A DNA stretch of 63,753 nt, the filler included, from Octopus bimaculoides (taxonomy: Eukaryota), in assembly GCF_001194135.2 (NCBI RefSeq). It is 6 parts of 6 records of this genome, joined end to end, with 100 filler letters (N's around TTAATTAATTAA, not from the genome) between each part and the next. Parts side by side here need not be neighbours in the genome. Positions count along the whole stretch, not along the records: positions 1 to 7,980 come from NC_069005.1; positions 8,081 to 35,263 come from NC_068986.1; 4 more parts are not named here. One strand, given 5' to 3'. Both the position numbers and the translations under genes were made by a program. Below, piece by piece: positions 1 through 13,507 of this stretch. How positions within the stretch are numbered: the stretch's first letter is position 1; the number at the start of each line of letters is the position of its first letter. The notes beneath the pieces are model-generated. The model saw nothing but the letters and a program-made list of their open reading frames with translations, did no database searches and was not told the DNA's origin.

Positions 1-120
1 GTGTGTGCGTGCGTGCGTGCGTGCGTGCGTGCGTGTAGATTGTTTGAAGTGGTGTACAGATTTTATGTACTAAGAAACTGGGGGTAGTCGGAATTTTGGG
101 TAATTGTTTATTAGCGCTTT

Positions 121-153
121 CATCTAATTCGTTTCGGAGACTCTTCAGATATG
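121..153 (-). ncRNA. Degenerate minimal hammerhead-like motif downstream of a Penelope-like fragment
   Basis: Minus strand reads catat-CTGAAGA-g-tctc-c-GAAAC-gaatt-agatg. Core boxes are present; G16.2 is missing and stem I is imperfect. Confidence 0.35.
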
Positions 154-589
154 ATTTTTTTTTTTTTTTACAGATTGCTTTTGCCTTTTATATAGATCTG
201 AAAGAAAATGCTTCTATTTTTTTTCCCGGTATCTATACGTGTATTTATACATATAGGCGTGTACATATGTGTGCATATCTATGTGTGCGCCTGGATGTGT
301 GTGCAAACGTGTGTGTGGCGAATCCGCGGAAGTTCGCCAGAGGGAGAGAGAGAGAGAAAGGGAGAAAAGAGGAAAGAAGGAAAAAGAAAAAGGAAGAAGG
401 GCAGGAAAGAAAGGGGGAAAGAGAAAGAAAGCAGAAAGAAAGAAAGACAGAAAGAAAAACAGAAAGAAAGGGAGTAAAGGGTCTTTTCTTTTTTTCTTTT
501 ACTCTGAGATGGCTTTTATTGTATTTTTATTATCAGTAGTTTCACACGCGTTTGAAGTCGATGCTTCAAGATGTCAATTTTATTTTTTC

Positions 590-870
590 GAAGGCATCTA
601 CAAACGTTTAGTTTAGGTAAGAACTTTTTGATAAAATGCAGTTCCATTGTCTTCCGGTACTTTGTGTCATCCCTCGGGCATTTGTAGACGGAAAACATCT
701 TGAATTTCCTGTCTCCACATTTTTCTAGATGCATCATGCTCAACGTTATCTTCCGTAATTCGTTTTGTTCGATGTGTTGTTTGTGGATTGCCAATTGGAC
801 TTTTTGGATTTCTATCATATTTTGTAATTGTAACGGCATCCAAACTTGCTTAAGGCTATTATGAATCACT
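590..870 (-). mobile_element. Penelope-like element remnant (GIY-YIG endonuclease C-terminus)
   Basis: ORF 516-869 contains HLEKCGDRKFKMFSVYKC...RKTMELHFIKKFLPKLN, matching the E..FI.K..P.LN end of PLE GIY-YIG domains. Confidence 0.55.
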
Positions 871-935
871 TTTTCAATCTTCGACTAACATTCAAAACAC
901 TTTGGTGGTATAAAACATATATGCATCCATACAGA

Positions 936-937
<2 letters not shown>

Positions 938-1005
<68 letters not shown>

Positions 1006-1119
1006 TGTATGAATGCGTGTGTATGTATTTGTATACATATTGCATTACATATTATGTGTGTATGTATGTACGTATTAACACAATTGTTTATAATGAGTGC
1101 GAGAGGGAGAGAGAGAGAT

Positions 1120-1163
<44 letters not shown>
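938..1163. repeat. (GT)n and (GA)n microsatellites
   Basis: Directly visible dinucleotide runs. Confidence 0.95.
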
Positions 1164-1164
<1 letters not shown>

Positions 1165-1316
1165 AATGTTTTCAAAACAATGACTAAATAAGATTGACAT
1201 CTTGGATTGTCATTGACTTAAACAAGCTGACCGCAAGAATACAATACAAATTAAAAGAAGCCTCTTTCTTTCTCCCTCTGGCCAAGCCTCCAAGGTTTCA
1301 CCACACACACACATGC

Positions 1317-1373
<57 letters not shown>

Positions 1374-1858
1374 AAAGAGGACAACAAACGTGAAGCCAAG
1401 GCAAACATCTCAAGTCATATGTTATTATTATTGGAAAACATTCAAAGTCTTACGGCTGTTTCTGGGATATCCCAGAAACAGCTGTAAGACTGAATTTTTT
1501 CCAATAATAATAATAATGTATATGACTTGAGATGTTTTGCCTTGCCTTAACGTTTGTTGTCCTCTTTAACAATTATATATCCACTATATCGGAAATGTGA
1601 AGTGGCTCCTTAACTACCGTCTCGGCTACAACCTTGGAACCTTAGTAATCTGTTACAGCACTTACCTAGCATAACTAATCGTTTGGATCACTTGTGAACT
1701 TGTTGTGTCGACGCCCCCAGACGATGAAGTAGGCTAGCCCGATACGTAGTCGAGTAGAGGTCATCCGAACGTGCGATATAACAGTGGCGACGAGGATTTC
1801 GTAGCTCACACAGCCACTGTGTAGTATTGCGATATAACAGAACTAAACCACCATACTT

Positions 1859-1958
<100 letters not shown>

Positions 1959-2480
1959 AATGTATGTGCATGCGCGCATGAGTAGGGACAGCCAGTTACA
2001 TCGACTCCTGTATTTGACTGATACTTTGTTTTATCGACCCTGGAAGGATGAAAAGCAAAGATGATTTCGGTACGATTTTTCGGTATTATAACAGAAACGA
2101 GAACTGACCAATGTCGTTTCTCCAGGCTCCATTTTACCACTTTTCGATACAACAAAAAAAATCTCTTATAAGCTGGACTTATAAATAATGAGATTCTAAA
2201 ATTTTAGCGCTTATAATGGCTGGCCGGTAACGATTTTTTCTGCAATACATGGATAGTTTATCCTGTTCATGCTATTTTATTAGCATTATCATGCGTTTGA
2301 GAATAAATTATTCCTGTATATTTAAAAAATCATCTAGAGATAAAACTGATCGAGTAAAAAAAAAATAAAAAACAAAACAATGAGATCACGAGACATAGAA
2401 AGGAACAAGGAAAAAGTAAGAAGTAAAGAGATACAAATGAAATGGTTGATGAGGAAGCAAAAAGGAACGAAATATGGACG

Positions 2481-2795
2481 GTACTTCGTCGGTTACGACG
2501 ATGAGAATCCATCCCAGTTGTTCCGATCAACGGAACGGCGTGCTCGTGATATCAACGTGCAAGTAGCTGAGTACTCCACAGACAGACACGTGTATCTTTA
2601 ACGTAGCTCTGAGGGAGATTCAGCGTGACGCAGAATGCGACAAGGCTGGCTCTTTTTGAAATACAAGTACTACTTTATTTTGCCAGTTGAGTGAACTGGA
2701 GCAACGCGATACAGAATGTAGCGCCTATGGGACTCGAACTCACGGCCTTACGATCGTGAGCCGAATACCCTAACCACTGAGCCACGCGCCTTCAC
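2481..2795 (-). mobile_element. tRNA-derived SINE, family C
   Basis: Reverse-complement match to copies at 50449-50830 and 34895-35235; tRNA-like head with A/B boxes at the right end. Confidence 0.75.
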
Positions 2796-4164
2796 CAATA
2801 TATATATAAATGAAGAAAGAAAGAAAAACGGAATCAAATTTAGAGAAGATAGAGGAAGATCGAGTCAGAGCAGTGAAAAAGGAGAGAAGGAAAAGATAGT
2901 AGTACCAGGTAGAGTGGTCTCTGACTAATGATAACAATAGATATGGTACGTGTTGGAGAAACGTATATTTATAAGAGAGGAGCGTAAGAAGGAGTAAGAA
3001 AGTGTAAGGTATGAAAATTATGTAAGTATTGGACAGAGAGAAGAAAGCAAGCAAAAAGCGGACCGTTCGCTGATTAACGACAACACTACAAGAAATAAAT
3101 AGCGCGGTGGGAAAAGTGTATATATTTACGAGGGAAGAATGTAAAAGTGAATAAGAAATCGTTACGAATATGGAAATAAATAACCAATGGAGAGAGAAAA
3201 ATAGGTTAGAAGCAAAGGAGAAGAAATGGTGAAGGGATTAAAGTTTATGTGAGGGTTGGAGAAGAGTTAGACAGAGTAAGTTATAGTAAGATAAAGTGGG
3301 GAAAGGAAAAGAAAAAGTGAGGATCAAAGAGACTATTATATGGGCAGAACAAGGAGAACAACTGATAGGTGGCTACATGAAATAATACGAAAAAGTGTGA
3401 TTCAATAGATAAATTGAAGTTTTATTTTCAAATAGTGCTTCAGTTCTCTTGCAAAATAGTTTTAAACAATATTTAGTTAATAGATTCTTTGAAGCATAAT
3501 TGTACGTTTGGCTGCAGAACTTGAAGAAACTTTTATAAATGATTTACAATACATTCCACTTGGAAGTAGAAGCAGTTCCGTAGGATAAATTTGTTTTGGT
3601 GACGATATTTCGAAAAAGGTTCATTCTTAGAATTCAACAAACTGAAACGAGACACTAGCTTGATTGTCATTGGTCAAGGCAGGTTACGTGGTCGAATAAT
3701 ACAGAAAGCATAAAATATCGTTATTGCCAGCTGAACTGCCCTGGCGTAAAGAAAAACAACCAGTGCTGAAGTATGAACATCGTCAAGGGCTTATTACTTC
3801 TCAACGTTTACTAAATCTATTTGCATTAACTTTGAATCAGTAGGCCATAAAATTATGAGCAGATTGGAGTTGTCGTAAAGGAGTTTCCTTCCGATGTCGA
3901 CAACTAGACGATATCTCGAACTTTCGGTAAACTTATATCGTTGGCTGTTTTTTTTTTCTGAAAATGGCATGCTATGTAGATATATCCTGAAACTTTAAGA
4001 TCCAATTAAATATATTACAGTTATATCGGTAAGACTCCCATGTTATTGGAGGAAAGTCCTAATTCACGGAACCATGAGTTTCCAGACGAAATGGTACAAA
4101 GGAGTTTTCCTTCTGTTTTACCTGAATCTGAATAGTTGTTGATCATAACGACTCATCTTATATA

Positions 4165-4397
4165 GTTTATCTTTTACTTCTTTCAGTCATTAGACTGCGG
4201 CCATGCTGGGGCAATCTTTAAAAAATTTTTTGGTTGAATGAGTTGACAATAGTACTTAATAATTTTTAAAGCCTTGTACTTATTTTTCGATCTCTTTTTA
4301 CCGAACTGCTAGATCAAGGGGACGTAAACACACTAACACCAATTGTCAAGCGGTGATGGGGAACAAACACAGACACAAAAACACACCACACATACAC

Positions 4398-4445
<48 letters not shown>

Positions 4446-4595
4446 GACAAGCTTCTTTCAGTTTCCGTCTTCCAAATCCACTCTTAAGTCTTTAATCGGC
4501 CCGAGGCTATAGTAGAAGACTACAAGGTGTCCAACAGTGGGACTGAACCCAGAACCATCTGGCTGGGAAACGAGCTTTTCACCCCACGGCCACAT
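4165..4595 (-). mobile_element. tRNA-derived SINE, family B (internal (CA)n)
   Basis: Same body (cagtcattagactgcggccatgctgg...aaatccactc...gctatagtagaagac) as 9610, 20690, 37395, 44480 and 49530. Confidence 0.8.
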
Positions 4596-5163
4596 GTTGA
4601 CTATGTATTTATTTTAAATTCATTGGCAATCGATGTTTGGCATGGGCGTTTGTGTTGCATAACTCTTAAATATCAACCCTCGGGTATCTCGGTTACATTA
4701 TCACCCTTCACACATAGACGCAAATGTAGAAACCCACCCATACGTGCATAGACACGTACACACACATACCCCCATCCCACACGCACACATACTCAGTAAC
4801 ACACGCTCACACAAGTAAGTGTGTGTGTATACGCATGCATATATGAATATATACATACACACATACATATTTACTTGTGTGAGCGTGTGTTACTGTGAAC
4901 GTGTATGCGCGCGCGCGTGCGTTATATAACCGTAAACGAGCAAGCATTAATATCTCTGAGTGAGCTGTGATATGAATACGAAGATTAAAGAGAAATAAAG
5001 CCATGTCAAATATTTGACGAGGTAAATTTTTGATTTATTTAAATGATTTCCCCTTCGGTAACTTCAAATATGAAAGGGAGATAATCACAAGAATTAAGAA
5101 TTCTACGAAATTGACAAAAGTACAACATTCTGATCAAATTATGCAAATTAGTCAAGACTATGA

Positions 5164-5218
5164 ATGTTTCTCTACTCCTTTTGGTACTTGTCAAAGTATC
5201 TCGCCTGTTGGACTCATG
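5164..5218 (+). CDS. Weak candidate first coding exon of gene A (MFLYSFWYLSKYLACWTH, phase 1)
   Basis: ATG, hydrophobic/aromatic stretch ending H+g|gtagga, same phase and final residue as gene B exon 1. Separated from gene A by an assembly join. Confidence 0.15.
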
Positions 5219-5277
5219 GTAGGACAACTGCAGTGCTGAAGACACTTCCTGTAGCAGAAACATGTAACTACAGCTTC

Positions 5278-5735
5278 AGGCGGCGAGCTGGCAGAATCGT
5301 TAGCACGCCGGGCGAAATGCTTAGCGGTATTTCGTCTGCCGCTACGTTCTGAGTTCAAATTCCGCTGAAGTCGACTTTGCCTTTCATCCTTTCGGAATCG
5401 ATTAAATAAGTACCAGTTACGCACTGGGGTCGATGTAATCGACTTAATCCGTTTGTCTGTCCTTGTTTGTCCCCTCTGTGTGTAGCTCCTTTTGGGCAAT
5501 AAAGAAATAAGAAACGTTAGCACGCCGGGCGAAATGCTTAGCGGTATTTTGTCTGTCTCTACGTTCTGAGTTCAAATTCCGCCGAGGTCGACTTTGCCGT
5601 TCATCCTTTCGGGGTCGATAAATTAAGTACCAGTTACGCACTGGTGTCGATATAATCGACTTAATACCTTTGTCTGTCCTTGTTTGTCCCCTCTGTGTTT
5701 AGCCCCTTGTGGACAATAAAGAAATAAGAAACATG
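5278..5735 (+). mobile_element. SINE family A (Meta-domain-like core), head-to-tail dimer
   Basis: Two units of gttagcacgccgggcgaaatgcttagc...gagttcaaattcc...gtcgactttgcctttcatcctttcggggtcgataaattaagtaccag. Confidence 0.85.
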
Positions 5736-5984
5736 TGACTACAACTGTCCTCTTGTCGCTAGACAATCAGAATGCCTTTACTTAAATAGCAAGTTAATTT
5801 TGAGGGATTCTTAGTTCTTGAAGTTATCTCCCCTCTTCATTCTGAGTTGATTGCAATTAACACAAAGCATTTGTTTATCCTTGTCACGAAGAGAAGATAG
5901 CTTCAATAAAACAAGACATTATTTAAAGTATTTGATACATATTTATTTGTGTATATGTACATACACACACACACATATACAGTG

Positions 5985-6266
5985 GACTCTGCCGTCGAAG
6001 ACGACGTATGAGCGTTCAGCTCTTACCGAACGACCTGCACAAATGATTCGTTTATATTGATCAAATGTATGTGATGTACATTAGTTCACCCTCTCTATCA
6101 AATCGACGTTGTCTCAACAGGTGCCGGGTGTGTCGAAATGATCGCAGAGCAACGTGAGATGAAGTGTCTTGCTCAAGAACACAACGCACTATCCGGTCTA
6201 GGGATTGAAAACGCGACTGCCGAGATCGTGAGTGCAACACCCTAACCACTAAGCTATGCGCCCTCA

Positions 6267-6310
<44 letters not shown>

Positions 6311-6860
6311 GCAAGCACACATGATGGATTCTTCTGTTGAACACGACGTATGAACGTTCAGCTTTTGCCGAACGACCTGCACAGATGATTCGTTTATAGT
6401 GATCAAGTGTTCGTGCCGCGCATTAGCTCACTTNNNNNNNNNNNNNNNNNNNNNNNNNNNNNNNNNNNNNNNNNNNNNNNNNNNNNNNNNNNNNNNNNNN
6501 NNNNNNNNNNNNNNNNNNNNNNNNNNNNNNNNNNNNNNNNNNNNNNNNNNNNNNNNNNNNNNNNNNNNNNNNNNNNNNNNNNNNNNNNNNNNNNNNNNNN
6601 NNNNNNNNNNNNNNNNNNNNNNNNNNNNNNNNNNNNNNNNNNNNNNNNNNNNNNNAAATGTATGTGATGTACATTAGTTCACCCTCTCTATCAAATCGAC
6701 GTTGTCTCAACAGGTGCCGGGTGTGTCGAAATGATCGCAGAGCAACGTGAGATGAAGTGTCTTGCTCAAGAACACAACGCACTATCCGGTCTAGGGATTG
6801 AAAACGCGACTGCCGAGATCGTGAGTGCAACACCCTAACCACTAAGCCATGCACCCTCAC
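5985..6860 (-). mobile_element. tRNA-derived SINE family D, duplicated across an N gap
   Basis: 6064-6265 and 6656-6860 are near-identical; homologous to the + strand copy at 18498-18750. Confidence 0.7.
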
Positions 6861-6950
6861 ACACGCTCACACACAAAAAACAAAAGACGAAGACAAGAGG
6901 TGTAGACAACAAACAGATGTATTAGTTTAACGCTCGGGAAGTGAAAAAGT

Positions 6951-6986
6951 CTTTAACATTTCGAGCATACGCTCTTCGACAGAAAG
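6951..6986 (-). ncRNA. Hammerhead-like motif with CUGUNGA core (copy 1 of 3)
   Basis: Minus: cttt-CTGTCGA-agagcgtatgctc-GAAATGTT-aaag; homologous copies at 24766-24801 and 44862-44893. Confidence 0.4.
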
Positions 6987-7214
6987 GAGCACAGAAAGAA
7001 ACAAAGCGAGAAAAAAAGAATGTGTAGTGGCTAGCGGTCTATCATGATATGTGTGTGTGTGTGTGTACGTATGTGCGTGTGTATGTGTGTGTGCGCGCTT
7101 GGGCGTGTGTGTATGAAGTAGCATAGCCAAGTGGTGGGGGCGTTGCACTCACGATCGCAAGATTCTAATTTCGGTTACTGGACGACACAGTGGTGTGTTG
7201 TCTTCTAGAGCCAA

Positions 7215-7360
7215 ACACTATATATACTTAATATTTCGACCCTGAAAGGATGAAAAGCAAAGTCGACCTCGGTGGTATTTGAACTCAGAACGCGGCGACG
7301 GGGAAAATACTGTTAAGTATTTCGCCCAGCGTGCTAACGATTCTGCCAGCGCGCCACCTT
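7215..7360 (-). mobile_element. SINE family A fragment
   Basis: Reverse complement of the family A core. Confidence 0.7.
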
Positions 7361-7980
7361 ACGCGTGCGCATAAGAATGCTATAATTTTATTGAGAGTGA
7401 CTTAGAATGTTCACCGGACCAGTGCTTGTTCAGAATGTTTGAATAAAACCATACAGCCAGCAAAACTTCGAAGTCATTGTCAATATAATAATCATAATAT
7501 ATATTTAACTCTATACTTCTACGACTCAGTGAACGTTCGTTGTTTTAAACAATTGTATTGTACTTTTGTTTTTGTGACAACAGACGAATTATAAAAAAAA
7601 TATCGCTTTCATTACACGTCTCTCATGTTTGCTTGCCTATGCGCACATCTGTCTCAGATCATCTTCGTATACACACACACACACACACACACACATACAA
7701 GCACACAGACATACATACATACACACACACGCACCCACGTGTCTTTTCCTCTTCGTCTCTCCCAATCCGCCTTGTGTGTATGAGTATAATATATATATAT
7801 GTATATACATGCATTCATATATATACATAAATGCATTCATATATATATATATACATTCATATATATATATGTATATACATGCATTCATATATATACATAA
7901 ATGCATTCATATATATATATATACATTCATATATATATATATAAATATACATATATATACATACACACATACATTCATAT

Positions 7981-8080
7981 NNNNNNNNNNNNNNNNNNNN
8001 NNNNNNNNNNNNNNNNNNNNNNNNTTAATTAATTAANNNNNNNNNNNNNNNNNNNNNNNNNNNNNNNNNNNNNNNNNNNN
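7981..8080. other. Synthetic scaffold linker 44N-TTAATTAATTAA-44N (12-mer also at 35308, 39306, 60332, 62593)
   Basis: Identical 12-mer with stops in all six frames, embedded in equal N flanks, five times. Confidence 0.95.
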
Positions 8081-8123
8081 CTTATTATTATTATTATCAT
8101 TATTATTATTATTATTATTATTA

Positions 8124-8184
<61 letters not shown>

Positions 8185-8200
8185 CATCATTATTATTGTT
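8081..8200. repeat. (TTA)n microsatellite
   Basis: Directly visible. Confidence 0.95.
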
Positions 8201-8214
8201 ATTTCTCTTTATCA

Positions 8215-8510
8215 CAGGTCTTGTTGGAGATTCTGGAGTCTTACATGCGTAGCGCGTTGGCCATCTGCAGCCTACGATACCATACTATCAATTCTTTTCA
8301 GCTATCTGATACCTTCCTCATTATTCTAGCCGTGCCAAAGAGGCAAACTTTTTGTATCAGTTTCACTGGGCACTCTATTCCAATTTCCTTTATATTCCCC
8401 TTGATGTCTTCTGATACTGTTCTTAAGGACCCAGCAATAATTGGCACTATCTTCACCTTCTTAATTTTCCATAGCTGGATATTTCGTATTTAAGAGGGTT
8501 GTATTTATCG
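8215..8510 (-). mobile_element. 3' end of RLE-type (R4/Dong-like) non-LTR retrotransposon
   Basis: Minus translation WKIKKVKIVPIIAGSLRTVSEDIKGNIKEIGIECPVKLIQKVCLFGTARIMRKV; flanked by (TTA)n on both sides. Confidence 0.7.
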
Positions 8511-9077
8511 CTATTTCGTACTTATTATTATTATTATAATAATAATTATTATTATTATTATTGAATGAAAAAGCAGTGCATGCCATCAAAATGACACTGG
8601 GGTAAAATATACGGAGCTCAATATACCCATCATGACTGCCTGTCTGATAAGGGTTCACCAGGCACATGCATCACAACCATATGTGCGCAACATGGTGATT
8701 AGAATTTTCTTCAGGCCGAGTAGCCCATGTCGCTCAAAAGGTCCCTAAAGAAGGTTTGTTTAAGGATGTTGAGCAAAACATCCATGTTTCCAAAGGTGAA
8801 TTATTCAAACCCCAAAGAACTCCTCTCAACACATGGCTATGATGCTCCCCCACTACTTCTGCTCGTGATCAGAGATGCACATATCGTCAGCCACCACTAA
8901 GGGACGTGCTCAACTGGTTAAGGTAAAGCAATTGACAAGCAAATCTGTGGTATTGAGCAGAATATTTGCTGTAGCCCATCTTTTATACCAAGACAAAACA
9001 AAACAATGTACATGATAACACTTCCAATCAGTTAAGAACAGAAACCATGAGAACCACTGCCTGGTACTGCATCAGGG

Positions 9078-9141
<64 letters not shown>

Positions 9142-9609
9142 GAAATAGTGAAGGTAAAGAATAGCGCCATTAGATCGAAAACTCCATTTTCAGAGATGTG
9201 CTCTGTTAATGATTAAGACACTCTTTAAGCGGAGCTGTACTTGAAGACGAGTGTCATTCAGCATTTAGTTTTGCCTCTTTTATTACAAGTGCAAGCTTTA
9301 ACAACAACAACAAAAAAAAAACCTGTTACGTATTTGGAATGGTGCATATCAGTTTTTCCTCCGGTCTACAAAATTCTGGATTTGTATCATGTAAAAAGAT
9401 TATTACTATCAAATGTGGTAAATATAGGCTGAAATATTTGCGAGTAAATTACAATGCTACAGCAATGAATTTCTCGCCAGGTTTTAATTTTTGATATATA
9501 TTGTAACGTTAGTAAGAAAAAAATAAGTGTTCACTGACGCTGTTTTCGCAGTGGAAACTCGGTAGGACAGGATATTGTGTCTGTCATCAGAACACTCACC
9601 AAAATATCA

Positions 9610-10010
9610 TTTATCTTCAACCTGTTTCAGTCATTTAACTGCAGCCATTCTGGGGCATCACCTTCAAGAATCTTTAGTCGAACGAATCGACCCGAGTACT
9701 TATATATTGTTAAGCCTGTACTTATTCTATCAGGCACTTTTGGCCGAAACGCTAAGTTACGGGGACCTAAACACACCAACACCCGTTGTCAGTCGGTGCT
9801 AGGGAACAAACACAGACAAGAACACACACGCACACACACATATGCATACATGTATACATAGAATGGGCTTCTTTCAGTTTCCATGTACCAAATCCACTCA
9901 CAAGGCTTTGGTCGGCCCGTGGCCATATTAGAAGGCACTTGCCCAAGGTGCCACGCAATGGGACAGAACCTGAAACCATGTGGTTGGGAAGCAAGCTTTT
10001 TACTACAGAG
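9610..10010 (-). mobile_element. tRNA-derived SINE, family B
   Basis: Homology to other family B copies in the window. Confidence 0.8.
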
Positions 10011-10201
10011 CCGAAAATATTGATTTCTCTCGCTGACACAATGTCACTGAAACACTGATTTTTTTTAGACGTAGTGGAAAACTTTGTAAAGGAAAATTGA
10101 TGGCTGCTATAAAGTCTCCTATTGTTGGTTATTTTTTTTATTGACTCTTGGCAAATGAAAGACAAATATTAATTGTTGATGCTGTTCATTATATTGCTTA
10201 G

Positions 10202-10402
10202 ACGATGATCGGAACAACGAAAGCTCTACTAGAAAAGTTGATCCGTGAAGAAGGCAAATCAAATGTAAAATTCGAACGTTACCAGTCTGCCATGCTGCAA
10301 AATCATTTTGCTCAGAAAATGGATGGTGGTTATGAATATAGAAACAAACTTTTGCAATTTGAATTTAAAGGAATTTCAACAGGACGTGAGCAGCAAAATG
10401 TG
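10202..10402 (+). CDS. Gene A internal exon (67 codons, phase 0-0), putative Cyt/volvatoxin-fold protein paralog A
   Basis: cattatattgcttag|ACG...GTG|gtaaga; TMIGTTKALLEKLIREEGKSNVKFERY...QFEFKGISTGREQQNV; start aligns with gene B exon 3 (VMMVTCKNILQGYSEE). Confidence 0.8.
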
Positions 10403-12354
10403 GTAAGATTCCTATGAAATATGATCAAACTTTGAAATGCATTAATTTTGTCAGCGCATCTACTATGTAATACCATACATACATCAGTTTGTTTACCAAT
10501 TAAGATAATTCGAAGCCCTTAAAAAAAAAGAAATTTGCTAGGAATCAAAATGTTACTACTAAAAGACAAATGAAGGAGTTGGGAGCGGATGACAGAAAAA
10601 CATTTCAAAGTTCACAATAAAACAAAATGCTGTGATTATGAATAAAGTGATTAAGTTACAACCATCCAGTTTCACGATTTGAAAAGCAAAAACTTACTTG
10701 CAAAATGACTATTATATGCTATATAAATTTAAGGCGTTGTTAAAAGACATTATTGTAAGCCCTAGTACAGTATCCTCAATGATAATGGAAAATCACAAGG
10801 ATATGTGGGCATATGTGTGAGTGTGCACACCTGTATTAATAGTTTGTGATCTTAAAAATGCATTACACAAAGTTTCACGAACGCAAAAAGTGTCTCACTC
10901 TTCAGACGATGTCGATTTAATAATGAGGCAGCTGGGAATTCTAAGAAAAACCGGACGACACATAAAGACTGTGCCTCTTAATTAGTTCAGTTCATACGAC
11001 ATAGGACTGTTAGGCGTCTGCTAGGTGTTGTAGCAGCTGCTCGTTGGGGAATAATTTTGATGCAAAAGATACGAGTACTCTCCCTTGCATACAATTTCAG
11101 TAGACATTTTATAACATTTCAGAAAAGTCATGTCTGTGCTTTCAGCTATGGTTTAAAATTACTTAATATTACCAAAAATTACCTAATCATTGATGACAGT
11201 TCCATCGAGTTTAGTGTGATCGTTAAGAGATACTGTGGGCTGACTTCAAGGGAAAATTCACCCAGTATATGTACTTTTTCAATTCCAGGGAGAGAGAAAC
11301 CGCTGCCTCTTTGTTTTGTCTAAAGAGTCTGAGACTAAAGAAATGACCGGTGTATAAGTTGAAGTATACATAAGAATAAGTTGGAGTATACATAAGACGC
11401 CTCCTTATTTGCTTTCCTTTGAGAAACATTTCTCTAGCATCGCCAGATTTGGAAAGTGACTTGGTCTGAGTTGACGTTTAGAAATCGATACTGTTCCAAA
11501 ACTGTTTCATCATGCAAGAGAGACGATAGTCATTTAAATATAAATGTATGGAGATATAGTGACGTTTATTTTAATTTGTGATGGCATTATATAATACAAC
11601 GTGTCAAAGACTTTTGTGGTACGTCTACGGCGTAGCCCTTGACTATTCCACTTCAACTGTTGTGAATTAGCTGTTTATCCAAAAGCAACAAAGAAATCCT
11701 ACAATTAAAAAAAATATTTAGCTGGAACAAAATATCACACATGCGCAAATTCACGTATATCCCAAAAATATGAATATAAGAATGATATTCGAAGACCTGC
11801 ATATCACAGGCATACTCTGCCTAGCAGTTCTTCTCCAAGAAGACAGCTTCTCAGAAGTAAAGAATGACTGTTATAATAAATGCATTTGTGTATATAGTGA
11901 TACTTTGAGAAATATTTTTAGTTTTAAATTAGGTTTGCTTTGAACATTTCACTTACAGTTATATGTATTGAAATTTTCTCGTGATTAATCTTCCTTTCTA
12001 GACAAAAGTGCTAATACCAAGGTATTGCTAAACTGATTCTCTGTCACAGCCATGAAGAGCTGCCTTTGTCCCGATAGCATTGATAAGAACCTTTATTGAT
12101 TAACTAACGACACCAGTTGCTTCCACCGAAACAACGATATATATATATATATATATANNNNNNNNNNNNNNNNNNNNNNNNNNNNNNNNNNNNNNNNNNN
12201 NNNNNNNNNNNNNNNNNNNNNNNNNNNNNNNNNNNNNNNNNNNNNNNNNNNNNNNNNNNNNNNNNNNNNNNNNNNAGAGAGAGAGAGAGATAGAGAGAGA
12301 GACTAAAAGTAAGCGTAATTTCCCCGCTTCCTTTTCTCGACCCACTTCGAAACA

Positions 12355-12960
12355 TCCTATGAATGGATCACAGTATCCTGGCTAAATCTTGGAGGCAGTG
12401 GTGTTTCAGAAACAAACGGTGGTCCTAGGCGTACAGAAAACAGATCACTCCGTCTAGGGTTTTGCCTTTATCGTTATCCTGACCGGTAGCCTCCAAAATA
12501 ACCGATTTTCCCACAGACGCTCGAGATCCTTTGATTGTATTATTAACTTCGGCATGTCGGGAGCATCTCCAGCTCTGAAACTGTACCATGATATTCTACC
12601 ATACATTCGGCTTGTACACGAAACCATGCGAAAAGCCGTACCAATTTGAAAGGAACCGTTGTCTAGCTTGGTGCCAATCTGGGATAACGGGAAGCAACTG
12701 AGCTATACAACGATCCGTGCTCACGTACAGTAACCAACCCTGCAAAATAGTATTGATTCTGTGCCTGCAAACTCAGCCACCACTTGGAACTAAACTACTA
12801 TTTCATCCCAATTTTTCTTACCGGTTTAGTTTTTACACCAAAACGAAACGTCGATTCCTCCAAAAGAAGCAGCACATGCTAAGATACTCTAGTTTTCTAA
12901 AGGGTCCCCTAAACGAATGGTGCTGCAGCAAATACTAGCAAGGTGTATGCAGGCAAGACG
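12355..12960 (-). mobile_element. Heavily decayed Tx1/L1-like fragment
   Basis: Minus frames give segments such as KNWDEIV resembling the KNWGEVT region of the element at 27490-30130; many stops. Confidence 0.35.
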
Positions 12961-13233
12961 ATCAGCAGATTCTTAAGCATTTCTCTTTTATTGGTTGGAT
13001 GGGTGCCGAAGAAATAAATATTAAATTTGACAGGTTAAAATAAATCGCCAAGTTAAAAATGATTAACTACTTCAATAAATAAAAAGAAAAGGAAAAAAAG
13101 AAAGTGAAAGTAGAACAGAAAATAATAACCAGCCAGTGAGTTTCAATGTGTGTTGTGGAATTGCATCAGTGACGTGTACGACGGATATTTTTGACACATT
13201 ACGATAAATCAAGAAATAAATCAAGGTGTATAT

Positions 13234-13350
<117 letters not shown>

Positions 13351-13507
13351 TTTTTGAATACGTGTGTGCACGCGCATATATATACACATACAATCTGCGT
13401 TAATCTCTTAGAATTTTTTTCATAATCTCAATGAATCTCTTTAAACACAAAATGATTATATTGATAATTAATGAAAGAAAAAAAAACAATTTCTTGTTCA
13501 TATATAG

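Noticed and set aside
5278-5735. CRISPR-like repeat/spacer pattern
   Set aside because: Units are about 230-bp SINE monomers without unique spacers, in a eukaryotic context.
6064-6860. Recent segmental duplication
   Set aside because: Near-identical copies flank an N gap; most simply an unmerged contig overlap of one SINE.
8025-8036. Recurrent TTAATTAATTAA motif (five copies)
   Set aside because: Always centred in N runs with stops in all frames; synthetic assembly linker.
9270-9417. Open AG-GT segment (VQALTTTTKKKPVTYLEWC...) as the missing exon 2 of gene A
   Set aside because: No similarity to gene B exon 2 and low-complexity content.
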